DNA of 64,000 nt from Balanoglossus misakiensis (taxonomy: Eukaryota; Animalia; Hemichordata): NCBI GenBank assembly GCA_040954595.2, contig JBECUI020000045.1:1-64000 (forward strand). The letters are read 5' to 3'. Each line of letters starts with the position of its first letter. The first letter of the stretch is position 1. Made by a program: the position numbers and the translations under genes. A model generated the notes under the pieces. It was not told the origin of the DNA. It did not search any database and saw only the letters and a list, made by a program, of their open reading frames with translations. This document shows, in pieces, positions 47,601-60,700 of the stretch.

Positions 47601-50600
47601 CAGCGCTGATGATGGTAGCACCTGGACCGATATCAGTGGGTCTGTTGCGGACACAAGCATCAGCCATACGGATGATGCACTGACGGCTACAACAACGATA
47701 CAGATGCGCGTTATTGACACCATAGGCAATAGCAGTCTTGTGGCAAGCCAGCCCATCATCATAGATACCACTGCCCCGACAGCAATCTTATCAGGCGACA
47801 TCTTGCCTACCGACAGCCTCACCCTGCAGTTTAATGAGGCGGTCACCTTAGGCACAGGCGATATCACGCTTTATCATCAAGCAGACGGTAGTACGGCAGC
47901 CGCGATCCCCATCAATGATGCCACGCAGGTAAGCTTAAGTGATGATGGCAGGACGCTGACCATTAACCCGACTACTGATCTTACAATAGGCGGCAGCTAT
48001 TATGTGCAAATACCGTCAACCGCTATCACTGATCTAGCAGGCAATGCCTATGGCATTACAGATGCCACCACTTGGGCATTTACCGTCACTGGTCTTTCTA
48101 CTACTGTGTTATGGCAGGATGGTGCTAATAATGACCCCAGTACAGACGGTTATATTAATGCCGAAGAGCTAAACACCGTAACACTGCAAGGCGTATTGAC
48201 AAATACCGGCAATGCCACCGGCATTAGCATCACAGCCATCACCTTTAAGGCATTAAGCGGCAGTGCAAACGACATCAGCTATAGCGGTGCTATGCCTGCC
48301 TTGTCCGATGCCAGCGGTAGTACCTGGGTCTTAGATAATGCCGCGATAAATGCCTTAAATCTAGTAGAGGGCGAATCCTATCGGGTTGAGGTAACGCTAT
48401 CAGGCACAGATGCGGGCAGCAACACCATCACAGGTGGCAGCAGCTATCACAATCCCATTATCATAGACAGTGCCCTACCTGCTGCGACAATCAATATAAC
48501 TGGTATCAATGATGATAGCGGCACCGCAGACTTTATCACCAGTGACAATAATGGCTTGACGATAACAGCCACCTTAAGTGTGCCATTGGCAGCAGGTGAG
48601 CGCTTAGAATACAGCACTGATGGCACGACTTGGACGGATATCAGCGGGTCTGTGACAGACACAAGCATCAGCCATACGGATACCGCCTTGGTAGGTGAGG
48701 GTGAGACCACGATACAGATGCGCTTGACCGACACCGCAGGCAATAGCACACCTGCGACAAGCCAGCTTATCACCATAGATACCACAGCACCGACCACAAC
48801 AGTCAGTATCATCGGTATTAGTGATGATAGCGGTATTGTAGGCGACTTTATCACCAATGATAATAACGGCTTAACGATAACAGCGAGTTTAAGTGCAGCA
48901 CTGGCAGCAGATGAGCGTTTGGAGTACAGCACTGATGGCACGACCTGGACCGATATCAGCAGTTCAGTGACAGGTACGAGAATCAGCCATGCGGATGCCG
49001 CCTTGACCCATGAGGGTGAGACCACGATACAGATGCGCGTTGCCGACACCGCAGGCAATAGCGCGCCTGCGACAAGCTGGACCATCACTATAGATACCAC
49101 AGTACCGACCACAACAGTCAGTATCATCGGTATTAGTGATGATAGCGGTATTGTAGGCGACTTTATCACCAATGATAATAACGGCTTAACGATCACAGCC
49201 ACCTTAAGTGCGGCATTAGCAGCAGATGAGCGTCTGGAGTACAGCACTGATGGCACGACTTGGACCGATATCAGCAGTTCAGTGACAGGCACGAGTATCA
49301 GCCATGCGGATGCCGCCTTGACCCATGAAGGTGAGACCACGATACAGATGCGCGTTACCGACACCGTAGGCAATAGCAGTCTTGTGACAAGCCAGCTTAT
49401 CACCATAGACAGCAGCGCACCTGCCACAATAGTCAGCAGTATAGACAGTATCAATAATGATAGCGGTGATGCCGCAGACGACTTTATCACCAATGACAAT
49501 GATGGCTTGACGGTTAACGCCACCTTAAGTGCGGCATTGGCAGCAGGTGAGCGCTTAGAATACAGCACTGATGGCAACACTTGGACGGATATCAGCGGGT
49601 CTGTTGCGGGCATGAGCATCAGCCATACAGATACCACCTTGGTAGGCGAGGGTGAGACCACGATACAGATGCGCGTTACCGACACCATAGGCAATAGCAG
49701 TCTTGCGGCAAGCAAGCTTATCACCATAGATACCACGGCCCCACTAGCAACCCTATCGGGCAGCATCCGACCGACCGGCGACCTCACTATACGGTTTGAT
49801 GAGGCGGTCAGCTTAGGTGCGGGTGATATCACGCTTTATCATCAAGACGGTAGTACGGTAGCGACTATCTCCATCAATGATGCCACACAGGTGGGCTTAA
49901 GTGATGGCGGCAAGACGCTGACCATCAACCCGACTACTGATCTTGTATTAGACAATCGCTATTATGTGCAAATACCGTCAGGCGCCATCATGGATGCGGC
50001 GGGTAATGCCTACACCATCACGGACGACAGCACTTGGGCGTTTAGTGTCATCGGCTTTTCTACTACGGTTATATGGCAGGATGGTGCTAATAATGACTTA
50101 GGTGCAGATGGCTATATCAGTGCCGAAGAGCTAAACACCGTTACCTTGCAAGGCGCATTGACAAATACCAGCAATATCACCGGTATTAGCATCACAGCCA
50201 TCACCTTTAAGGCATTAAGCGGCAGTGCAAACGACATCAGCTATAGCGGTGCTATGCCTGCCTTATCAGGCGATGCCAGCGGTAGTACCTGGGTCCTAGA
50301 TAATGCCGCGATAAATGCCTTAAATCTAGCAGAGGGCGAATCCTATCGGGTTGAGGTAACGCTATCAGGCACAGATGCGGGCAGCAACACCGTCACAGGT
50401 AGTAGTCATAGCGATCTTGTCGTCATAGACAGCAGTGCACCGACCACAACAATCAGTATCACCGGTATCAGCGATGATAACGGCACTGCCGCAGATGACT
50501 TTGTCACCAATGACAATGACGGCTTGACGATAACAGCCACCTTAAGTGCGCCATTAGCAGCAGGTGAGCGTCTGGAGTACAGCACTGATGGCAACACTTG

Positions 50601-53600
50601 GACGGATATCAGCGGGTCTGTTGCGGGCATGAGCATCAGCCATACAGATACTACCTTGGTAGGCGAGGGTGAGACCACGATACAGATGCGCTTGACCGAT
50701 GCCGCAGGCAATAGCACACCTGCGACAAACCAGCTTGTCACCATAGACAACAGTGTACCTGACGCCCCTACCTTGTCCTTGACAACCGACACAGGGGTAG
50801 ACGGCGATAAGGTCACTATGGATGGCACGATAGCAGTTGCCGGATTAGAGCCGGGCGGAACATGGGAGTATTCGGTCAATACGGGCAATACTTGGCAAAG
50901 TGGCAGCGGTACCGATTTTGTTGTGCCGGAAGGTGAGTATGGCATTTTGGATATTTGGGTACGGCAGTTTGACCGTGCCGGCAACGAATCAGACGCGACC
51001 CTATTTGAGCAATTCACCGTAGATACCACGGCCCCAACCGTAGACACAATCGTATTAACCGGCGAGGATGCCCAAGGCGCAAGCAAGACTGATCTTGCGA
51101 CAGGTGATATCATTGTGATCACTGTTACGATGAGCGAGGATGTCACTGTCACAGGCAGCCCTCTTTATACTATTGACATGGGCGGTCAATCTAGGGTTGT
51201 TGCGTATGATGCCGCCGCTTCAAGTGGCAATCAGTTGGTATTTAAGTACACCATTGCCAATACGGATATCGATGAAAGCGGTGGCATTACGGCAGCTACC
51301 AATGCCCTTGATGTATCAGGGGTTACTACGGTACAAGATACCGCAGGCAATGATGCGGACTTAACTCATACAGAGGTCACAGTTGATGATAATGCGATCA
51401 CCGTCAATAGTACCTTGCCCCCATCAAAGATAACCGCCCTTAGTTTCCCCAAACGATGGCCCTTACGGCATCGGTGATGTTCTTACCGTTACCCTAACTG
51501 TCCAAGACGATGGTGGTACGCCCTATGATGAACTCACCGGTACGATAGGCGGCCATGTTGTCGGTAACTTACAGCGGACAAGCAACACCCAATATACCTT
51601 TGATCTGACGATATCAGCAGCAGGCAAAGACTTTGCCGCAGATGAGGATATCACGCTTGGTCTTTATCTAGGCCGCGACGGCACTGCCGATGATGCGGAT
51701 AATTTTGCCGTATATGCGACACAGATAAGCGGGAGCAATGATGCCATTGATGCTACCCCACCTGATGCACCGACAGCATTGGCGCTTGCTGCAGATGATG
51801 ATACCGGTATTGCGCAAGACGGTATCACGAGCCAAACCGATAATCTGACCATCACAGGCACGGCTGAGGCAAACAGCACGGTGACCTTATACGGCACGGA
51901 TGGCACAACCGTGCTCGCAACCGTCACGGCAGAGGCAGACGGCAGCTTTAGTGCCGATGTGACGCTTGCCGCAGGGGAGTATAGCATCACGGCTGCTGCG
52001 ACCGATGCGGCAGGTAATGTCGGCGCGTCAAGCGACCCGTTTGCGCTCACGATAGATACTGCAATACCCCGTCTTGACTTAGATGCGACATCTGAGAGCA
52101 CCGCCTATGTTGCTGATGGGAGCTCTACCACCCTGCAAACAGGGATTGCTATCAGCGATCAAGCAAGCGTGCGGGATGACAGCTATATACCCCCGCAGGC
52201 GGCAGGTAAATTAGGCAATGGTGAAGGCGGCGCGATATTAAACAACCCCTATGATGTTGATACGGTGGTCATAGACGGTAAGACCTATGCGGTAGTGCCG
52301 GCACTTCATAGCAACGGCATACAGATTGTTGATATCAGCGACCCGGCAAATCCTACTCCTGTGGGCCGGCTTACGGATACTGCCGGTAGGGAGTTAAGCG
52401 GTGCCGCAGGCGTTAAGATCGTGACCCTTACCGATGCGACCACCGGCACAGCTAAGCCCTATGCGGTGGTGGCAAGCCATGGTGATGATGGCGTACAGAT
52501 TGTTGATATCAGTGACCCGGCTAACCCTGTGGCGGCAGGCACCCTGCTTGATGATGCTAATACGGAATTAGACGGGGCACAGGGTATTGATATTGCGGTC
52601 ATAGACGGCAAAACCTATGCGGTGGTGACAGGCTATGTCGACGATGGCGTGCAGATCATTGATATTACCAACCCGGCAGTCCCTACTGCTGTAGGCAGGC
52701 TTGCTCATGGTAGCGACGGCAGTGTATTAGACGGTGCCCGTGATGTTAAGGTCGTGGTCATCCCTGATGCCGCAGGTAATGACAAGGCCTATGCGGTGGT
52801 GGCAGTTCGTACTGGAAACGCCTTACAGATTATTGATATCAGCGATCCGACTAACCCTACCCCTGTCAGCAATCTGATTGATAATGCCGACAGGGAACTA
52901 GGCGATGCCTATGGTGTTGCTATCGCGGTCATAAATGGTGCGACCTATGCGGTGGTGGCAAGCATTATTGATGATGGCGTACAGATTATTGATATCAGCG
53001 ACCCGGCTAACCCTGCCGCGGTCAGCCGTTTGATGGATACCGCAGACAGGGCATTAGACGGTGCCACTGGCGTTGATATCGTCGTCATCGGTGATGCGAC
53101 CTATGCGGTGGTGACAGGCTATGACCCCGCTAAGCCCGGCGTACAGATTATTGATATCAGCAATCCGGCTAATCCCATCGCAGTGGATGCCTTGTTTGAT
53201 AATGCCGACCTGGAATTAAGCAGGGCGATTGGTGTTAAGACCGTGGTCATCGCAGGCAAGGTCTATGCGGTGGTGGCAGCTTCTGCCGATGATGGCATAC
53301 AACTGATACAGATTAGCGATGACAGGAATGGTATACAGAAGATTGATATCACCGTATCGGGCACAGGCTTTGCCGGCACTGCCAATGAGGCATTAGCGCA
53401 TGACGACGGCACGCAGACGCAGCGCTTGTTCTCATTAGGGGCAGATCAAAGCCTGACTAATCAGACCATCGGTACTGTCGCAGGGCTGTCGCTTGCGTGG
53501 ACGGTTGCTGCCACCGGAAACTTGACCGTCTCTAAGACAGACGGCAGCGCATTAACAAGCGCAGAGACAAGCGAGATCATAGATGCCTTGCGTTATCAAG

Positions 53601-56600
53601 ACGCCTCAAGCAGTCACGATGAGCGAGTTCAGTTTGCAATGGTCTTAACGGATACAGCGGGCAATGCCTCTCATTTACATATTGCCACGATAATAGTCAA
53701 TGATCTAACGCCCGCAGTGGTTTCCGCAAGCCTGCCTGATGCGGCGATGCAGGTGGGTGATACGGTCACAGTCACCATCACTATAGATGCAAATAGTATC
53801 AAGGCAGGTGAGACCTTAAGCTTGGTTGACGGCAGCCATGTCAACGGCTTTGCCTTAGGAAACTTACAAAAGCTCACAGATACCTTATATACGGCAAGCT
53901 TCACCGTGATCGATGGTGGTACCGATAGGGCAGCAGACGAGCATATCCCGCTTTCCATACAGGTTCAGAATGAAACGGATACACAAAGCGCGGTATACAG
54001 CACCCTGATCGTTCAGGTCAATGATACCATTGATGCTAATCTACCGGATGCACCGACAGGGATTATGTTAGACACAGCAAGCGATTCGGGTATCAAGGGA
54101 GATGGTATCACCAACCAAACCACCTTCACTATCACAGGCACAGCAGAGGCAGGTAGTACGGTGACCTTATACGGCGCAGCGCAGGCAACAACGGTTGCTC
54201 AGGCAAACGACAGCTTTAGCATTACAATGACGCTTGCCACAGGGGAATACATCATCACGGCGACAGCGACCGATGCGGCAGGTAATGTCAGTGCGGCAAG
54301 CGACCCGTTTACACTCACAGTAGATACCACAGCACCGAGTATTGACCTAGATACGACATCCGATGGTGGTGCGTATTTGGCTTATGTGAGCACGATTGCT
54401 TTGCAAACAGGGGTTGCCGTAAGCCACACGGCTGCCATAAGCGAGGACATACAAGAGATCACCATCACCCTATCAGGCAATGGCTTTGGCGGCACTGCCG
54501 ATGAGTTCTTAGCGCATGATGACGGCACGCAGATACAGGGCTTGTTTGCATTAGCGGCAAATCAAAACGACACTGACCAGACCATCGGTGCCGTTGCCGG
54601 TCTTTCCTTGAGCTGGCAGGCTGCGACAGCAACCTTGACTATCTCTAAGACAGATGCCACTACATTGACCGCCACAGAGGCAGGCCATATCATAGATGCC
54701 CTGCGCTATCAAGACGGCTCAAGCAGCAACGGTGAGCAAATTAGTTTTGCGGTGAGCGTAACTGATGTGGCAGGCAATACCGCGAGTGCATCTACTGCCA
54801 CGATAGCAGCCAATGATCTAAGACCCGCAGCGGCTTCCGCGACCTTTCCCAATACACCGATGAAGGTGGGTGATACGGTTACCCTCACCATCATGGTAGA
54901 TAGCAATAGTATAGTAGCAGGCGATACCTTGAGCTTGGTTTCCGGCAGTCATGTCAACGGCTTTGCCTTAGGAAACTTACAAAAGATCACCGATACCTCA
55001 TATACGGCAGACTTCATCGTGACTGAGGGCGGCGCTGATGTGGCAGCAAGCGATCCTATCTCGCTTTCTATACAGCTTCAAAATGGGGCAGGCAATAATA
55101 GTGCGGCATACACCACTGCGATTAGCCAAGACAATGATGCCATGACGCGAACTCACCGCCGGCCCCCGCAGGGCTTGCGCTTGCCGCCGCAGATGATAGG
55201 GGTATCGCAGATGACGACGATATCACGAGCCAAACCGATAATCTGACCATCACAGGCACGGCTGTGGCTGGCAGCACGGTGAACTTATACGGCACGGATG
55301 GCACAACAGTGCTCACAAGCGCCACGGCAGGGGCAGACGGCAGCTTTAGTGCCGATGTGGCGCTTAGCGAAGGAGAGCATAGCATCACGGCAAGGCAGAC
55401 CGATGCGGCAGGCAATATCAGCACGGCAAGCGACCCGTTTATACTTACAATAGATACCACAGCGCCTCTCGTCAGCTTAGATGCGACATCCGATGACGGC
55501 GCCTATGTCGCTGATGCCGGCCCTGCGACCTTGCAGGCGGGGGTTGCTATCAGCAAGCAGGCAAGCGTACGGGATGATAGCTATGTGCCTCCGCAGGCAG
55601 CAGGAAAATTAACTGATAATAGCGAAAGGGAACTAGGTAGCGTCCGTGACGTTGATACCGTCGTCATAAACGGTAAGACCTATGCGGTAGCGGCAGCTTT
55701 TAATGATGACGGTGTACAGATTATTGATATCACTGACCCGACCACCCCTACGGCAGTGAGCAGCCTGACGGATACTGACAGCAGGGCATTAGACGGTGCT
55801 GCCAGCGTTGATACCGTCGTCATAGACGGGGTGACCTATGCGGTGGTGGCAGGTTCGGTGGACTATGGCATCCAGATTATTGATATCAGTGATCCGCACA
55901 CCCCTGTGGCAGTCAGCCAGCTTACGGATACTAGCGCACGGCATTAGCCGGTGCCCGTGGCGTTGAGATTGTGGTCATAAATGATGCGACCTATGCGCTG
56001 GTGACAGGCTTTCATGACCACGGCGTACAGATTATTGATATCAGTGATCCGGCTCACCCTACCGCGGTAAGCCGGCTTACGGATACCGCAGGCACGGCAT
56101 TAAGCGGTGCCTATGACGTTAAGATCGTGACCATCGGCAACACGCCCTATGCGGTGGTGACAGCCCGCTATGACAACGGCGTGCAGATCATTGATATTAG
56201 TGACCCGGCTAACCCTGTGGCTGTGGGCGCAGTCACGGATACTGCCAGCAGGGCATTACGCGGTGCCCGTGGTGTTGATATCGCGGTCATAGACGGGGCG
56301 ACCTATGCGGTGGTCGCAAGCTATTTGGACAATGGCGTACAGATTATTGATATCAGTGACCCCGCTAACCCTACCGCGGTAAGCGCACTCATGGATACCG
56401 CCGACAGGGCATTACGCGGCGCGGAGGACGTTGATATCATAAGCCTCCCTGATGTAGCGGGCACCGTCAAGACCTATGCGGTGGTCACAGGCAATTGGGA
56501 CCAAGGCATCCAATTATTGATATTAGTGACCCGGCTAACCCTATCGCAGTGGATGCCCTGTTTGATACCGCCAACACGGCATTACGCGGTGCCGAAGGCG

Positions 56601-57463
56601 TTACAACCGTAGTCATAGCAGGCAAGCTCTATGCGGTGGTGGCAAGTTCTATCGACAACGGCGTGCAGCTGATACAGCTTAGCGAGGATAACGGTATGCA
56701 GGATATTCAGATCACCCTATCGGGTACCGGCTTTGCCGGTGCTGCCAACGAGGCATTCGCGCATGATGATGGTACGCAACAGACACAGCTCTTTTCATTG
56801 GCAAGCAATTACTTTGCCATAGATACCACGATAGGCGAGGTGAGCGGTCTGTCTGTCCGCTGGCAGGCTACGACAGCAACCTTGACTATCTCTAAGACCG
56901 ACGCCACTGCATTAACAAGCGGCGAGGTCAATACGATCATAAATGCCCTGCGCTATCAGGACAACACAAGCAACAACGGTGATCAAGTGCAGTTTGCAGT
57001 GACCTTAACAGATATAGCAGGCAATCCATCAACGGTCACCACAACGATCACTACCTCTGATACGGCTACCACCACTGCCGATATGGATACCGTCCATACC
57101 GTTATCGTAGATGCAAGCAATATCGCCTCGCTGACTGCTACGGATGCTAGGGATATATTTGATTACGGTGCTGTAGCAATAGGCGATTCTATCATTGACG
57201 ACTTTGCCGTAGGTGCGCGCGGCGACCTGTTAGATCTGGCAGACCTATTAGACTACGACCCGAACACAGCAGGCAAGGATGATCTCAATGCCTTTTTGTC
57301 TGTGACCGATACATCGGCTGCCGATGGCGGCGATGTCATACTCGCTATTGATGCCAATGGTGATGGTAGCGGTGCAGACTTTAGTATTACCTTAAACGGT
57401 ATCGGTAGTGCAGGCGGGCTTACCTTAGCCGACCTAAGAGACGATAACCTCATCGTCGTATAG
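44629..57463 (+). CDS. Giant T1SS-type adhesin-like protein C with two LVIVD-repeat beta-propellers (about 4280 aa if corrected)
   Basis: ORFs 44629-51477, 51779-55246, 55264-55947, 55971-56612 and 56495-57463 join through apparent indels near 51450, 55143, 55935 and 56512. It has the shared N-terminus, an SbsA-like/BIg stalk, 2x7 YAVV....DGVQIIDISDPANP repeats and the shared T1SS-like tail. Confidence 0.85.
45830..50750 (+). repeat. Higher-order stalk repeat in gene C: [SbsA-like + DGYINAxELN domain + 4 BIg-like] x about 2.5, period about 1.95 kb
   Basis: SbsA-like FDEAVTLGTGDITLY recurs near 45880, 47830 and 49795. Four DFITxDxDGLTITATL...ERLEYS.DG.TW units of about 310 bp lie between successive copies. 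Confidence 0.85.
52181..53330 (+). repeat. LVIVD-type repeat block 1 (7 repeats, predicted 7-bladed propeller)
   Basis: Seven ~52-58 aa repeats L.GA.GV...I.G.TYAVV....DGVQIIDISDP.NP..V..L.D. The N-terminal PPQAAGKL matches the strand missing from repeat 7. Confidence 0.8.
55579..56695 (+). repeat. LVIVD-type repeat block 2 (7 repeats)
   Basis: Same organisation as block 1, read across two apparent indels. Confidence 0.78.
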
Positions 57464-57727
57464 AGGGATATTGCCAAGTAGGGGGTTTCTTACCCCTACG
57501 CAAGCACCCCCAAGCAATAGCCTTGCTATTATAAGGCATGGGCTTGTCGTGTTTACATACAAGGCACACCCCCTCAATACAAGCGCTTATTCAAGTTCTT
57601 GTATTTATCATACAGATTTGAGACAATGAAACACATTTACAAAAGTAGCCCATTATACACAGCAATATGCTTGGTATTGATCAAGCAAACGGCGTGATGC
57701 AATAAACATTAGAGGAGACGATTACCT
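57464..57727 (+). promoter_or_regulatory. Intergenic spacer C-D, paralog of 44367-44628
   Basis: The first ~60 bp are identical to the B-C spacer, with the same hairpins and leader motifs and a GAGGAG RBS. Confidence 0.65.
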
Positions 57728-60700
57728 ATGAGTACATATTATTTTGTAACAGATACAGGCGGTGCCATTTTAGCGTGGAACTCCGAGATACCTCACTTTG
57801 AAACATTAGGCAGGAGTTTAGTTGCCTATGGCGGCAGGGGTGTTGATGAGCTGTATGTAGGCAGGGCGACGCAGGCCAGTGTCGCATCGCTTGGAGACGG
57901 GGAAGACCGTGTCTATCTTACAGGCAGTTTCGCAGATTATACGCAAACGGTCGATGGTTCTACCTATACCTTCTCGCGCACGGTGACGATAGACAGCAAT
58001 GCATACGAAGAAGTGATAACGGTATCAGGTAATACCGACAGCGACCGTCTTTACTTTGCCGATGGCAATGTAGAGTTGAGTTTCTCTAATTTGTTTGATC
58101 TCATAGGTGGCGGTTATCGGGACATCACGGCAGACCTATTAACAGGGGCAGGCAGCCCAAGCTATCCACCCACCCCACCTGCTGCTCGTGCGAATGATGA
58201 GAATGAATGGGTCTTTACAAATGATAATGAGGGTGCGGTGTATGCCTTTGACTTACCCGGTAGCAAGTGGACTACCTATGGCGGCAGGGGTGTTGATCGT
58301 ATTTATGTAGGCAAGGGGACACAGGCCAGTGTCGCATCGCTTGGCGATGGGGAAGACGGTATCTATCTCACGGGCAATCTCGCAGACTATACGCAAACGG
58401 TAGCTGGTTCTACCTATACCTTCTCACGCACGGTGACGATAGCGGGCAGGGATTACGAAGAGCAGGTAACGGTATCAGGTAATACCGACAGCGACCGTCT
58501 TTACTTTGTCGATGGCAATGTAGAGTTGAGTTTCTCTAATTTGTTTGATCTCATAGGTGGCGGTTATCGGGACATCACGGCAGACCGATTAACAGGGGAA
58601 GGCACCCCGGGCTTGGGTGTTGGTCTTACGATAAGCGATGATACCAGCACTGATGTCACAAACACTGATGTTGTCTTCACCTTCACCTTTGATGAGGCAG
58701 TCACAGGGTTTGATATAGATGCGATTACAATCACCAACGGCACGGCACGCGGTGCGCTCACAGAGGTTACCGCAGGCATACAATATACCTTAGCGGTGAC
58801 ACCGACTGCGAATACACAAGGCATCTTAAGGCTCAGCGTTGCAGTAGGCACGGTCTTTGCAATAGATGACGCAAACAAGGGCAATCAGGCGGCAAGTGCA
58901 CGCAGGCGATAGACACCCAAGCGCCTATCGCAATCCTATCAGGTGACATCGTACCTGTCGGCAACCTCACCATGCAGTTTGATGAGGCGGTCACCTTAGG
59001 CACAGGCAATATCACACTTTATAACCAAGCAGATGGTAGTATAGCCGCCGCTATCCCCATCAATGATGCCACGCAGGTAGGCTTAAGTAATGACGGCAAG
59101 ACGCTGACCATTAACCCGGCTGTGGATCTTGCAATAGGCAATGGCTATTATGTTCAAATACCGTCAACCGCCATCACTGATGTGGCAGGTAATGCCTATG
59201 CCATTACAGATGCCACCACTTGGGCATTTACCGCCACTGGTCTTTCTACTACTGTTGTATGGCAGGACGATACTCACAATGACCCCAGCACAGACGGCTA
59301 TATCAATGCCGCAGAGCTAAACACCGTAACACTGCAAGGCATATTGACGAATGTCGGCGATGCCACCGATGTTAGCATCACCGCCATTACTTTTAAGGCA
59401 TTAAGCGGTAGCGCAAACGACATCAGCTATAGTGCCGCCCTGCCTGCCTTATCAGGCGATGCCACCGGCAGCACTTGGACCCTAGATAATGCCGCGATAA
59501 GGGCATTAGGTTTGGTAGAGGGCGAATCCTATCGGGTTGAGGTAACGCTATCAGGCACAGATACGAGCAACAACACCATCATAGGTAGCGGCAGCCATGA
59601 TGACCCTATTATCATAGACACTGGCGCACCGACCACGACAGTCAGTATAGATAGTATCAGCGATGATAGCGGTGATGCAGACTTTATCACCAATGATCGT
59701 GATGGCCTGACGATAACAGCCACCTTAAGTGCGGCATTAGCAGCAGGTGAGCGTCTGGAGTACAGCAGCGATGATGGCACGACTTGGACGGATATCAGCG
59801 GGTCTGTTGCGGGCATGAGCATTAGCCATACGGATGATGCGCTGACAGCTACAACAACGATACAGATGCGTGTTGCCGACACCGCAGGCAATAGCGCGCC
59901 TGCGGCAAGCCAGCTTATCACCATAGAGACCGGCACACCGACCACGACAATCAGTATCACCGGCATCACTGATGATAACGGCGCTGCTGCAGATGACTTT
60001 ATCACCAATGACGATAACGGCTTGACGATAACAGCTACCTTAAGTGCGGCACTAGCAGCAGGCGAACGTCTGGAGTACAGCACTGATGGTGTGACTTGGG
60101 TGGATATCAGCGGGTCTGTTGCGGACACAAGCATCAGCCATACGGATGATACACTGACAACTACGACAACGATACGGATGCGCGTTACCAACACCATAGG
60201 CAATAGCGCCCCTGCGACAAGCAAGCTTATCACCATAGACAGCAGCGCACCGACCACGACAGTCCGTATAGACAGTATCACTGATGATAGTGGCGATGCC
60301 ACAGATGACTTTATCACCAATGACGATGACGGCTTGACGATAACAGCCACCTTAAATGCGCCGCTACGGGCAGGCGAGCGCTTAGAATACAGCAGCGATG
60401 ATGGCACGATTTGGACGGATATTAGCAGTTCAGTGACGGACACAAGCATCAGCCATACGGATGATGCACTGACAGCTACAACAACGATACAGATGCGTGT
60501 TGCCGACACCGCAGGCAATAGCGCTCCTGCGGCAAGCCAGTTTGTCACCATAGACAACAACATACCTGCTGCCACAGTCAGCATAGACAGTATTAGCGGT
60601 GATAGTGGTGATGCAGACTTTATCACCAGTGACAATGACGGCTTGACGATAACAGCCACCTTAAGTGCGGCATTAGCAGCAGATGAGCGTCTGGAGTACA

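Noticed and set aside
52181-53330. Propeller insert considered as an intein or mobile element
   Set aside because: It lacks an intein-like C-terminal His-Asn and any Hint, endonuclease or transposase motifs; the insert consists entirely of LVIVD-type repeats.
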